From a virus, in IMG/VR virus record IMGVR_UViG_3300028569_002586, positions 93,012 to 157,011 of that record: DNA of 64,000 bases; one strand, 5' to 3'. Position 1 is the first letter of the stretch; every line of letters begins with the position of its first letter. The notes beneath the pieces were generated by a model. That model did not search any database and was not told the DNA's origin. It saw only the letters and a program-made list of their open reading frames with translations. Position numbers and translations under genes: made by a program. Shown here in pieces: positions 38,458-48,440 of the stretch.

Positions 38458-41319
38458 ATGAAAACCCCTTTATATCAAGGAAATTATTTGGGCATTGTGG
38501 TGCAGAATAATGATCCCTTAAAAAGAGGCAGAGTTAAAGTATTTGTTCCACATGTGTCCCCTACTGTATATAAAGGCTGGAATGATATAGTTAGAGATAA
38601 GAAATTTAAATTTGTTGGGGTTAATACATACAGTGATTTGACTAATGTTGTTGAGGATCTGAAAAAAATCTTACCTTGGGCAGAATGTGCAGCTCCATTG
38701 GCAGGGGAAAGTTCATCTGGCAGATACAGTATCTATAAAAACACTGGAACCATAAGTGATAGCAACAGACTTGATACAACAGTATCAAATGTTTCTTCTT
38801 GTGAGATAAATCCTAAAATACTCACAAAGTATACACAAAATCTAGATAAAATTGGTGAAAAGCCTGCCAACCTGTATGACACATATGCATATAAAATTAA
38901 TGATGCTTTTACTACACCTGAAGAAACAAATGTCAATAATGTAAACAAGTACAGCTATAACTACACCCCTGAAGCTTACAGTAATAGCGCCAAGGGAGCT
39001 TTTGCTGTCCCCTCTGTTGGTTCTCACCTTTGGGTTTTCTTTGCAGGTGGTGAGGCCTTGAAGCCTGTTTACTTTGCTACATCTTTTGGTGTTGAAGACT
39101 GGAATAGCATATATCAGCAAAGTGCAGATACAGAAAATTCTGACCCTGGTACTGATTATCCTGGTGAATATGAAAATAAGAGGCTCAAGAATGAGGATAA
39201 TTATTCACCAAATATTGAAACATACAGAAACAAATATGTAATAAATCAAAAAGGTGGTACACTCTCTTTCGTCAATACTGACAACAGAGAGACATTAAAG
39301 CTTACACACTTCTCTGGATCGTTCAAAGAATTTAATAATTTTACAAACATTGAATTAGCATCCAAGAACGATCAAAAGCTTGTTCTTGAAGACTCTTTTT
39401 TAACTATTAGAGGAGATAGAAATGAATACACACAGAGGGATTATGATAATGTCATCAAGGGCAATTTGTACAAAAAAATTGGCAACTTGAAGCAAGACCT
39501 TGCTCAACAATGGAAAGACATAGTAAACGAGCTTTCCAACATTAAACAGCTTTTTGAAATAAAAAGAGCAAGAAAGATCACAAATGCTGTACTAAGATAC
39601 ACATCTACAAAACAAACACTGGAGGGCAATTATGCACCATGCCCCGTGTGCAGTTCAGATAAAGATACATATTACACATATAATAACTCTTATGCAAATG
39701 CTGCAATGGGATTTTTAAATTCTGTATTTCCTTCAACAGCAGATCAGTCTGGTGATTATACTTTCTCCAAAACAATTTCCATTCAAGGCCTTTTGAACAC
39801 CATATCTTTTCCTGGCATCTTGGGAAGTCCCATTGTCACAACTGCCATAGGCTCTCTCGGTGGTGGTGTTTTAGGTGGCGGTACCCGCAATGCCAATGGA
39901 CAGATTTTTGGTGATGCATGCCCTGCTTGTGGTGGATCTGGCATATCACCTTCCTCACAAGATGGTGTATGGAACAAAGAAGACAAAAAAGAACAAATGC
40001 AAAGTTTCTTTAATAGAAACTTAAAAAAGCTTGCTGACATTGAAGAGCAGCTTGGCACAGGTGGCAGTGAGATAATAGAAATTACCAAGCACAAAATTGA
40101 AACAATTGGCACTGTGATGAATGATTTTGCTTCCATTAGACTGGACGATGTGGGTAAGATGGATCTGTCAGAAGTAAGAATAGCAAAATATGGAACATTT
40201 TACAACAGAACACCTTCACCAGTTATTGAATACGTGAATGTGGATGATCTGCCAGGTGGTAATTACACCTTAAATGTAAGCAACAGGTACAACATTCTAG
40301 TAGGTGCAGGTGGATTGAATCTGAAATCTTTTGGCCCTGTTAACATGTCTGGTACCATTACCAATGTCACAGGTGATCAATTGAATCTTGCCAGTGGCAA
40401 TGAAGTTAACATTGATGGTGGCAAGAGATTGTCTGTTATTGCAGATATCATTTCCATAAGACAGAGAAACAAGCAGCAAGTGTTAATTGATAGCTCTCTG
40501 GGTGTTTCTAGAAATCTAATAGTAGCAGGTGGTGCTTACATAGATGGTGAATTGTTTGTTAACCATGTTACTGCTCCTGTGGAATATCAGCAAACAGAAG
40601 GCAAAGTTATCTGGGGGGCAGCTGCAACTGACCCAACAAACAGCTTGGGTAAAATCATAGGGTTTGGTGTACCCATGTCTAATTTCCCAGTAAGAGCAGG
40701 TACCAAATTTGAGCCTATACTAGGAGGTGTGTCAGGGCCACCGTATGTAGGATTCACAGATGCACAATTGCCATGTGGGAGATTAAAAAAAGGGGAGTTT
40801 ATTGGATACATTCCGGGAGATGGAGCCACATTTATAGGATACATCCAAGCAGGGACACTGCTTGGAGTAAATGCCGGGGGCCCTGTTAATGCTGCAGGTC
40901 CTTTACCTGTTTACGCATCACAGACAGGTGCACCAGCGATAGGACCTGGAGCAGGAGATGTTAAGCTGTATGCATCCAGTACTGGAAATGCGCTTGGTTT
41001 CGATACACCGGTATATGGATCTGGGTTTGGCTCCTATCTTGGACCACTAGGTCCTATAGGTGGTACAGGCGCTCCAGGTGTTGGGTGCATCAAAGGTGCT
41101 GATACAGGATTCGGTGGCATGGCTGCAGATGCAATGACTATTGTAGTGTATGGCACAGGTCGGGATAATGATTCAATCTTCATACCTGAACACAGTCACA
41201 TGTTCAAGAATTTACCGCTCAATCTGGTTGATACAAATGCTGATGTCAGAGAAGCAGCAAAAGTTATGCACAGTGGACCAGCAATACCCCCTGCACCAAT
41301 CAATAATAGTAAAAAGTAA
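38458..41319 (+). CDS. baseplate central spike (gp5/VgrG-like)
   Basis: YLGIVVQNNDPLKRGRVKV, LPWA, VPSVGSHLWVFF; beta-helix-like repeats; HSH near the C-terminus. Confidence 0.85.
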   Translation: MKTPLYQGNYLGIVVQNNDPLKRGRVKVFVPHVSPTVYKGWNDIVRDKKFKFVGVNTYSDLTNVVEDLKKILPWAECAAPLAGESSSGRYSIYKNTGTISDSNRLDTTVSNVSSCEINPKILTKYTQNLDKIGEKPANLYDTYAYKINDAFTTPEETNVNNVNKYSYNYTPEAYSNSAKGAFAVPSVGSHLWVFFAGGEALKPVYFATSFGVEDWNSIYQQSADTENSDPGTDYPGEYENKRLKNEDNYSPNIETYRNKYVINQKGGTLSFVNTDNRETLKLTHFSGSFKEFNNFTNIELASKNDQKLVLEDSFLTIRGDRNEYTQRDYDNVIKGNLYKKIGNLKQDLAQQWKDIVNELSNIKQLFEIKRARKITNAVLRYTSTKQTLEGNYAPCPVCSSDKDTYYTYNNSYANAAMGFLNSVFPSTADQSGDYTFSKTISIQGLLNTISFPGILGSPIVTTAIGSLGGGVLGGGTRNANGQIFGDACPACGGSGISPSSQDGVWNKEDKKEQMQSFFNRNLKKLADIEEQLGTGGSEIIEITKHKIETIGTVMNDFASIRLDDVGKMDLSEVRIAKYGTFYNRTPSPVIEYVNVDDLPGGNYTLNVSNRYNILVGAGGLNLKSFGPVNMSGTITNVTGDQLNLASGNEVNIDGGKRLSVIADIISIRQRNKQQVLIDSSLGVSRNLIVAGGAYIDGELFVNHVTAPVEYQQTEGKVIWGAAATDPTNSLGKIIGFGVPMSNFPVRAGTKFEPILGGVSGPPYVGFTDAQLPCGRLKKGEFIGYIPGDGATFIGYIQAGTLLGVNAGGPVNAAGPLPVYASQTGAPAIGPGAGDVKLYASSTGNALGFDTPVYGSGFGSYLGPLGPIGGTGAPGVGCIKGADTGFGGMAADAMTIVVYGTGRDNDSIFIPEHSHMFKNLPLNLVDTNADVREAAKVMHSGPAIPPAPINNSKK

Positions 41320-41493
41320 TTAAGCTTTGTTTTTTTTGTGGAAAACCCAATCTAATAAAGCTCTCTCAAACCCCACATCTTTTCCTTCTTTTTCACTCAT
41401 GTACCATTTATTTTTAAGGACATGCTCTCTTTCCTCTCGAAATCTCTTGTAAAGACTAGAGTGCTCAACAAATGTCCCTGACAATGTATTCAT
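41320..41493 (-). CDS. small DUF4032-C-terminal-like protein, not in ORF track
   Basis: 57 aa ...SSLYKRFREEREHVLKNKWYMSEKEGKDVGFERALLDW... Confidence 0.75.
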   Translation of the reverse strand: MNTLSGTFVEHSSLYKRFREEREHVLKNKWYMSEKEGKDVGFERALLDWVFHKKNKA

Positions 41494-41496
41494 ATC

Positions 41497-41943
41497 CTAT
41501 CTATTGATATTTAATAAATCCAAAATGGATTTTATCTTGTTATCATGCATATTCTTCTTTATTAACCAGGGATGATCTGCAGATGGAGCGACCATAAAAG
41601 ATTTCATATCTTTCCTATAATATTGAACCAGGTCTCCTGTGTCAATATCCAGATGCACAATAATGTCTGATATTTTTTTCTTCGCCCAAAGCCAACCTGA
41701 AGCTTTGTTATCAATATAAAAGCTTCCCAATTTTAAATTAGCTTTGACGTCAACTGTGTAAGTTCTAGGCCATTTATTATTCTTGATACTAAAGTCAGCA
41801 CCAGCTGCTTGATCTGTTTTGCTTGATTGATTCCAAGACACACTGTCATATCTTTTCACAGCAAAGTCATAATAGAGACGTTCACCTTGGTCGCCTTTAA
41901 TACCAGAAGCCCCATACTTCTCGCCTGCAGTATCATACCACAT
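41497..41943 (-). CDS. PD-(D/E)xK endonuclease-like protein
   Basis: GDQGE...GADF...VDVKAN; start at ATG 41943 after TTGCTT-17-TATACT. Confidence 0.6.
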   Translation of the reverse strand: MWYDTAGEKYGASGIKGDQGERLYYDFAVKRYDSVSWNQSSKTDQAAGADFSIKNNKWPRTYTVDVKANLKLGSFYIDNKASGWLWAKKKISDIIVHLDIDTGDLVQYYRKDMKSFMVAPSADHPWLIKKNMHDNKIKSILDLLNINR

Positions 41944-42053
41944 AGCCACAGTATAAAGGAACAATAAAAATAAAGCAAGCATTTTTATACCAGTAGCAGA
42001 CGTTATCTGCTCCCACCACCCACCCCTGATATAAATACTCCTTCAGAATTTAT

Positions 42054-42275
42054 TTATATTGGAGCAAGTAACTTTTTTTGCAAATTCTCTAAAATAACTG
42101 CACCTTCATCTGTGAGGCTTGCTTTGAGTTTTTCTAGCTTTTTTGCAGCAACATCACGCCGTACTGTCTTGAGTATAGGATAGGAAACTTCAAATGTTAA
42201 TTCATCTTGAGTAACAATAGCTAGTAACCCCAACTCTTCTTCAGAAAGCTCCTTCAAAGCATAATCAAAAATCAT
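42054..42275 (-). CDS. hypothetical protein
   Basis: 73 aa, coupled to nrdB. Confidence 0.6.
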   Translation of the reverse strand: MIFDYALKELSEEELGLLAIVTQDELTFEVSYPILKTVRRDVAAKKLEKLKASLTDEGAVILENLQKKLLAPI

Positions 42276-43336
42276 AGCTTGATATCTTCAAAAACATCTT
42301 CTGTTATATTGGTATCTCGAGCACCAATCTTATAAGCACCAATTTCAGTTTCCTGGGGAGCCACTTGCACCTTGCTGCTATCCAAGTAGGTGTCTAACCA
42401 ACCAGAAATTGGATTTGACTTTTCGTTAAAAATCTTCTTATATCCCAAAGAGCGCAATCGATTATCACAAAGCCACTTAGCATAACCACCAAGAACCTCA
42501 GCATTCAATCCTAACAAAGAGCCTTTGCTGAACAAATACTGAGCCCATTCAATCTCATTCTTTGCTGCCTGTTCATAGAAGGCATAAATCTTATCTTCAT
42601 TCTTCTTCACTACACCTGTGAAGCCTTCTTTATCTTCATCTCTCAAGATTTTAATTAAATTTTGTGTAATTGCAAAGTGCTGCGATTCATCCCGTTGAAT
42701 GAACTTAATAATTTTAGCGTTTCCCTCCATCTTACCTCTGTAGCCAAAGTAAAATGAACATGCAAATGATACATAAAACACAAGCCCCTCCATGCAGTTA
42801 ATTGCAAGAATACAATCAAATATTTTTTCTTTCAAGTCCTTCTTATCGCTACTGCCAAGAATTTTGTCATAATTATTGCGAATTAATTCTGCTCTGCTTA
42901 CAATTTCCTTATCCTCCATGATGCTATCAAAGAATGCTGATGCATCTGGATGCACATTGTTAAGAAGGTAGCTGTAGCTGTAGCTATGAATACCCTCAAA
43001 GCGCTGCCATGTATTCATGCATATCTCAAGCTCAGGATTACTAACATAATCTTTGAGTGAATGGATGGAGCGAGATAGCATGCTGTCACCCAAAGTCTGA
43101 AATTTTAAATTTGTATCAAAAACAAATCGTTCTTCTTTGGTAAGCTCTCTATAATCACTACGATCTTTTTGCAAAGATATTTCATGCGGCCACCAGAAAA
43201 ACTCTTCTTGTTTTTTAAACAGCTCAAAGAATGCAGGATATTTGAAGCGATCATATCTCTGCAGATTCAGATCTTCACCAAAGAACAAAGGTTGCTTTGT
43301 ATAGTCTACATTCTTAAGATTGAGCACAGATTTCAT
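42272..43336 (-). CDS. nrdB: ribonucleotide reductase class Ia beta subunit
   Basis: FFWWPHE, FEGIHSYSY, EGLVFYVSFA, RDESQH, APQETE. Confidence 0.97.
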   Translation of the reverse strand: MKSVLNLKNVDYTKQPLFFGEDLNLQRYDRFKYPAFFELFKKQEEFFWWPHEISLQKDRSDYRELTKEERFVFDTNLKFQTLGDSMLSRSIHSLKDYVSNPELEICMNTWQRFEGIHSYSYSYLLNNVHPDASAFFDSIMEDKEIVSRAELIRNNYDKILGSSDKKDLKEKIFDCILAINCMEGLVFYVSFACSFYFGYRGKMEGNAKIIKFIQRDESQHFAITQNLIKILRDEDKEGFTGVVKKNEDKIYAFYEQAAKNEIEWAQYLFSKGSLLGLNAEVLGGYAKWLCDNRLRSLGYKKIFNEKSNPISGWLDTYLDSSKVQVAPQETEIGAYKIGARDTNITEDVFEDIKL

Positions 43337-43357
43337 GATGGATATACTATTATATAT

Positions 43358-45622
43358 TTATAGCTTGCAGGCTCCACTGGAACAATCTGTGTCTTTATTC
43401 ATGGATTGTTCTCTGTCACCATCATCTGTGTTGTTGTAATATAAACTAATAAGACCTAAGCTATAAGCACTCATTATCTCCTTCATTACCTTGCTATCTG
43501 GCAGCACGTGATTCTCATAATGCCCATAGTTGTAATAGATGTTTGTTGATATGGCCATATCAAGGTATTTCTGAATAACAGCATTAACGTTAATAACACC
43601 TGTATTATCTTTAAGATTGTATGCTAGGTCATAATGCTCATCGTATTTACCTATACCAGGAACCAATACCGGCAGTTTACCCATCTTGGACATCTTGTAT
43701 GTGATAAGTGATCTTACCGGTTCAACACCATTGGTAGAACATTGAATAACAGAGCTAGATTCACAAGGCATGCAGCTGGACAGTGTGGAATGGCGCAGAC
43801 CATGCTTCTTGATGTCTTCACGCAAAGCTGACCAATCGTGGGTGAGTTTTCGCTTCACAATATCATCAACTTTTCTCTTGTAGGTATCAACAGGCAGAAT
43901 ACCTTTGGCATATTTTGTGTGTTCAAACTTCTCACATTTGCCTCTTTCTTTTGCCAGCTCCACACTGGCTTTCAGCAAATAATATTGAAAATGTTCCATC
44001 CACTCATCAACAAGCACAAGCGCATGTCTGGAGCTATATGCAACTCCATTCCTGGCTAAGAATGCTGCAAGGTTGGTAATTCCAATTCCAAGACTTCTGC
44101 GCTTCTTTGCAAAATTTTCTGCAGCTTTGTTAAAATAATCCTGCGCATCAATAATTTCATCCAAGAATCTTACCACCAAGTTGCATGTCTTCTCCAGGTC
44201 TTTCCAATCCTTGATCTCCAACATGTTGATGGCAGACAGAATGCACATGCCAATTTCTGCATCAGGATCATTAAAGTCTTTGAGAGGTATAGTGGGATGT
44301 ATCACTTCTGTGCAAAGATTGCTCATGGTTACTTTGTCAAGCCATGCACCGTGTTCATTGGCAGTATCCACATTGAGAATGTAGATCCTACCAGTTTCTA
44401 CTCTTTCCTTTACAATCAAAGAAAATAGATTGCGAGCAGATACTTTCTTTTTCATCTTTATCTTGCGATCTGCTTCACACTCTTCATACACTCTGTTGAA
44501 CTTCGATGTGCCCCAAGCTTCAAATAAATGAGGCACCTCATGGGGGCTAAAAAGAGTCACATCCTCATTCTTGATGACACGGTCATAAAACATCTTGGAC
44601 ATGCCAACTGTGTAGTCCAACTTTCGAACTCTATTGTCATCTGTGCCTGCATTATTCTTGAGTACCACAATATCTTCTATCTCATAATGCCACCATTGAA
44701 TATTAGCAGTAGCAGAACCACCTCTCAAGCCATTCTGTTGCCAGGCTTTAACTGATGCTTCAAATATTTTGAGAAAAGGAATTACACCTGTGTGTACAAC
44801 TTCACCATTCCGGACTGGAGCTCCAAGTGCTCTAATTCTAGAAATGTCTATACCAATACCACATTTGTTTGCTGTGGCAATGGATACAGCTGTACTGGAT
44901 GAAGTAATAGATTCTTTATTATCATCCACCCCAATCAAGCAACAACTGGCATAGCTTCTTGAATTGGTGCGCACACCTGCCATGATGGGTGTAGGCAAAT
45001 TGATCTTATGCCTAGATACTGCGTTATAGAATTTTCTTACATATTCCAGGCGCGTCTCTTTGCTGTAATTAATAAAGGCATAAGCTGAGATTAGTATATA
45101 AGCAAATTGAGGTGTCTCATGAATTATGTCGGTGATTCTGTTTTTAATAAGATATTTGTCACACAGTTGCTTCAGACCAGCGTAGGTAAAGAGAAAATCT
45201 CTTTCATGGTCAATAAACTCTCCCATTTTGTTTATTTCATCTTCAGAATACTTCTCGAGAATTACAGGGTCATAAATCTTCTTCTTGAGACCATTGTGAA
45301 TAACATCCAGAAGTCTTGGTGAATGCTTGCCACCCCAAACATCTTTCCGGAGTTGATAGTTAAGAAGCCGGCTGGCGACAAATTGATAATTTGGAGTTTC
45401 AAGGGTGATTAGGTTTGCAGCTGACTCAATAAGCACTTGATGTATTTCTTTTGAAGTGATATTATCAATCATATTGAGCTTTGCGTTGATCTCAATATTA
45501 GACAAGCTTACATCTGATATGCCTTCAATGGCCCAATTTATAACTTTATGAATTTTCTCAATATTAAATTTCTCTGCTTCACCATCACGTTTTTTTACAG
45601 AAATTTGAGAACTCATAACCAT
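43358..45622 (-). CDS. nrdA: ribonucleotide reductase class Ia alpha subunit with ATP cone
   Basis: VKKRDG, PTPIMAG, SCCL, RGGSA, SNLCTE, C-terminal CSSGACKL. Confidence 0.97.
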   Translation of the reverse strand: MVMSSQISVKKRDGEAEKFNIEKIHKVINWAIEGISDVSLSNIEINAKLNMIDNITSKEIHQVLIESAANLITLETPNYQFVASRLLNYQLRKDVWGGKHSPRLLDVIHNGLKKKIYDPVILEKYSEDEINKMGEFIDHERDFLFTYAGLKQLCDKYLIKNRITDIIHETPQFAYILISAYAFINYSKETRLEYVRKFYNAVSRHKINLPTPIMAGVRTNSRSYASCCLIGVDDNKESITSSSTAVSIATANKCGIGIDISRIRALGAPVRNGEVVHTGVIPFLKIFEASVKAWQQNGLRGGSATANIQWWHYEIEDIVVLKNNAGTDDNRVRKLDYTVGMSKMFYDRVIKNEDVTLFSPHEVPHLFEAWGTSKFNRVYEECEADRKIKMKKKVSARNLFSLIVKERVETGRIYILNVDTANEHGAWLDKVTMSNLCTEVIHPTIPLKDFNDPDAEIGMCILSAINMLEIKDWKDLEKTCNLVVRFLDEIIDAQDYFNKAAENFAKKRRSLGIGITNLAAFLARNGVAYSSRHALVLVDEWMEHFQYYLLKASVELAKERGKCEKFEHTKYAKGILPVDTYKRKVDDIVKRKLTHDWSALREDIKKHGLRHSTLSSCMPCESSSVIQCSTNGVEPVRSLITYKMSKMGKLPVLVPGIGKYDEHYDLAYNLKDNTGVINVNAVIQKYLDMAISTNIYYNYGHYENHVLPDSKVMKEIMSAYSLGLISLYYNNTDDGDREQSMNKDTDCSSGACKL

Positions 45623-45707
45623 TAAATAATTTATTCATCACTCCAAGAGAATTGGAAGAAAGTTATAGAATAATTCATACATGAGTATAAATTATTTTTC
45701 CGCTAAA

Positions 45708-46151
45708 TCAATGCACTCTTTTCAGTATCTCTGCAACTATTACAACACAGATGGATGTGAAGGAAGCCAATGTACCTGCCGCGATAGCTGTCTTGAAATC
45801 CCACTTTTTACTTGCAGCAACCTGCTCTTTGCTGAATTCAGTCTTGATTTGTGTACTCAAATTATTAAATCTTTCCATGACAACATCAGTAACATTTTTA
45901 AATTTTAAAGTTATCTCAGTATCAAGAGATTTAATTTTTTCATTCATGTGGTTTGACACATCCACTATTCTCAACTTTATTTCTTCATCTATTGAGTCAA
46001 TTCCTTCTTGAACTGTTTTTAATTGTGTTTCCAGGTTTGCCAATTGTGTCATGACAGAAGGCTTGCCATTGCCTTGATATACAGTCTTGTACAAGAGTTC
46101 TACGTTTTTCTTTAAAGCTGTAATATGGCTAGGGTTAGATGACTTTTTCAT
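45708..46151 (-). CDS. coiled-coil protein with C-terminal membrane anchor
   Basis: GNGKP motif, coiled coil, hydrophobic C-terminal helix. Confidence 0.6.
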   Translation of the reverse strand: MKKSSNPSHITALKKNVELLYKTVYQGNGKPSVMTQLANLETQLKTVQEGIDSIDEEIKLRIVDVSNHMNEKIKSLDTEITLKFKNVTDVVMERFNNLSTQIKTEFSKEQVAASKKWDFKTAIAAGTLASFTSICVVIVAEILKRVH

Positions 46152-46155
46152 GTTT

Positions 46156-46395
46156 TTATCTTACACTGAAAGTGTATTTAATTGTACCTCTGCTTAATGT
46201 GTACACTTTGCCTTTTAATCTGCCACTTGGATCTTTTACAACCAAGCTCAACACATCACCTGTGACAACAGGCCCATTAACCAGTGTATCTACTCCAAGA
46301 CTAATGGTATATTCTCTTGTGCCTTTTTCAGTATTGAAAACTTTGATAACATTGTTATCCGCGACAGCAGAATACCCTTTGTACATATATAACAT
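46156..46395 (-). CDS. hypothetical protein
   Basis: 79-aa beta-rich ORF. Confidence 0.55.
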   Translation of the reverse strand: MLYMYKGYSAVADNNVIKVFNTEKGTREYTISLGVDTLVNGPVVTGDVLSLVVKDPSGRLKGKVYTLSRGTIKYTFSVR

Positions 46396-46441
46396 TATTT
46401 AATGTTGTACATAAATACTTTAATAAATAATTATAATTCAT

Positions 46442-47689
46442 ATGGCTGACCAAATTACCAAAATAGTAATACGCAGAGGAACAGATATACAGAGAAGAAC
46501 AGCAAATGTTACAGGCATAACATTTGATCTCGGAGAGCCTGCTTACTGTACAGATACAAAGAGACTGTTCATAGGTGATGGCGCTACAGTGGGTGGAACT
46601 GCAGTAGGTGTAAGAAATCTTGGCCCTGTAGCACAGCTATTTGGTTCAGATATACAAGGTTATACAAATGAAGCATATAATATTTTGACATTTCAAGGTG
46701 CTGAAGTTGGAGACATAATTTATGATAAGACAACAAGAAACATATACAGCCTAACAGCAAAATCCAACTTCCCACCATTAACATCTGATTTTACAAAATA
46801 TGATTCTCTAACACTTATTAATAGTAGCCAATTTGAGTATGGTGCTGGTCTTGTTTTAAATATAAAAGAACAAGGTGTCAGCAGAACAAACGTCAATTCC
46901 AATATTGCAGATGGCATTGGTCTTGTAAAGGCACTACCAACAGACCCTATTTCACTCTCCCCAGGAGGCATTGCAAATGGTGTTTCTGTTTCTAACTTGC
47001 AATTTATTGCAGGAAATTCACTTTATTTAAATACTGAAGGGTCAACTGTAGCACCAAAAGTGGTTCAAGTCAACCCCCGTCAACTCATAGGCAGGACATC
47101 TACATCAACACTCTCAACCATTAACTACAGTACATTAGCTTCAGAATTAATTTCAACAGGGCTTATTAAAGGTGATAACGGTGTACAAGTAAATGCAGTT
47201 GGTGACACAGCAGTAATATCGCTCTCTACAAACATTTTTAATATTACACCTTTTTCTGCTGCAATAAGCGTTCCTTTGCGCGTTACAGGTAATACAATAG
47301 CAACAGGCTTTCTTTCTGCAGGTAGTAATATTTTTGCAAGTGGAAATATTTTTGCAAGTGGAAATATTTTCTCTTATGGTGACGTTGTTGCATATTATAC
47401 ATCAGATAGAAGTCTTAAGACAAATATTAATAGAATTGACCAACCTCTTATCAAACTCAAGACATTAAATGGCTATGAATTTGATTGGAAGGATAATGCA
47501 CCAGAGCATCTAAGAGGACATGACATTGGTGTGATTGCAAATGAAGTTGAAGATACACTTCCTGAAGCTGTGACCAACCGCCCTGATGGCATCAAAGCTG
47601 TTAATTACAATAAGATTGTACCTTTGTTAATTGAGTCAATTAAAGAACTAACAAGCAAGGTGGAACAACTTGAATCTAAAATTCTATAA
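46442..47689 (+). CDS. tail fibre with C-terminal intramolecular chaperone (peptidase S74)
   Basis: IVIRRGT...GEP.YCTDTKRLFIGDG; SDRSLKTNI, FDWK, GVIANEVE, VNYNKIVPLLIESIKEL. Confidence 0.9.
   Translation: MADQITKIVIRRGTDIQRRTANVTGITFDLGEPAYCTDTKRLFIGDGATVGGTAVGVRNLGPVAQLFGSDIQGYTNEAYNILTFQGAEVGDIIYDKTTRNIYSLTAKSNFPPLTSDFTKYDSLTLINSSQFEYGAGLVLNIKEQGVSRTNVNSNIADGIGLVKALPTDPISLSPGGIANGVSVSNLQFIAGNSLYLNTEGSTVAPKVVQVNPRQLIGRTSTSTLSTINYSTLASELISTGLIKGDNGVQVNAVGDTAVISLSTNIFNITPFSAAISVPLRVTGNTIATGFLSAGSNIFASGNIFASGNIFSYGDVVAYYTSDRSLKTNINRIDQPLIKLKTLNGYEFDWKDNAPEHLRGHDIGVIANEVEDTLPEAVTNRPDGIKAVNYNKIVPLLIESIKELTSKVEQLESKIL
47321..47371 (+). repeat. 18-bp in-frame tandem repeat (GNIFAS)
   Basis: AATATTTTTGCAAGTGGA twice plus a partial copy. 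Confidence 0.8.
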
Positions 47690-47885
47690 TCTTGTAGCTA
47701 GCCTACTAGAAGCTAGCATATCACCCTTTGTCAGCAGGTCACAAGACGTGCATGCATCATCGGGTACAAATCAAGGAATAACTGTAGCTGACATTAATAA
47801 TACTTTTCCTTCTTCAATAAAGAGCATCAATGTAGCATTGCCTGGTAAAAGAAAAAAAATTAAGAAGCTGAAGAAAAAAGATTAA
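47670..47885 (+). CDS. small protein with CTS-like N-terminus
   Basis: MNLKFYNLVASLLE; basic C-terminus. Confidence 0.4.
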   Translation: MNLKFYNLVASLLEASISPFVSRSQDVHASSGTNQGITVADINNTFPSSIKSINVALPGKRKKIKKLKKKD

Positions 47886-48432
47886 TTATATTTCTGGCTC
47901 TATTGCCTACTTGTCCTGCCCACTTGCTATTCTTTAATTCCATGGCAGCATTTTTATAATCACCTTTTTGTATTAATTCTTTTGTCTTTACAAATTTACT
48001 CAATCGAGTGTAGCCAAGATTAAAAGACATATCCAATAAACCTAATTTTATATTGCGTGGTAAGCTATCAAATCCTGGTATATAGTGTTTAACGTCCTTA
48101 TAAGCTATCTGAAGACACTCAGTAAAAAGAGCTTTTATCTGTTCATCAGTTAAATTGATCTTACCAGAAAGAACATCATCATAATTAACATTTAACTTGT
48201 TAAAAATTAACCTGGCATCAGGTCTTTGCAAATTGAATCCTATGCCCACTGTTGGTATACCGAGTGAATCAGGATACACATGAGGTCTTACACCTTCATG
48301 TTTCTTAATGAAACTCAGGATATCATCAAATGTGAGACGTGTATCTTCTGCTTTTTGAATGATGGCAGGAGGTGGTGGTGGGACATCAGCTACCGCTTCT
48401 AAGATTTGCTTGATTAGCTTGTAGAATCGCAC
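47860..48432 (-). CDS. phage lysozyme (GH24) with CTS-like propeptide
   Basis: HEG..PHVYPDSLGIPTVGIG (E-D-T triad), MSFNLG, SKWAGQVGNRA; N-terminus MRFYKLIKQILE. Confidence 0.9.
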   Translation of the reverse strand: MRFYKLIKQILEAVADVPPPPPAIIQKAEDTRLTFDDILSFIKKHEGVRPHVYPDSLGIPTVGIGFNLQRPDARLIFNKLNVNYDDVLSGKINLTDEQIKALFTECLQIAYKDVKHYIPGFDSLPRNIKLGLLDMSFNLGYTRLSKFVKTKELIQKGDYKNAAMELKNSKWAGQVGNRARNIINLFSSAS

Positions 48433-48440
48433 CTAATTAT

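Noticed and set aside
42272-45622. Introns or inteins in nrdA/nrdB
   Set aside because: Both are uninterrupted and of normal length
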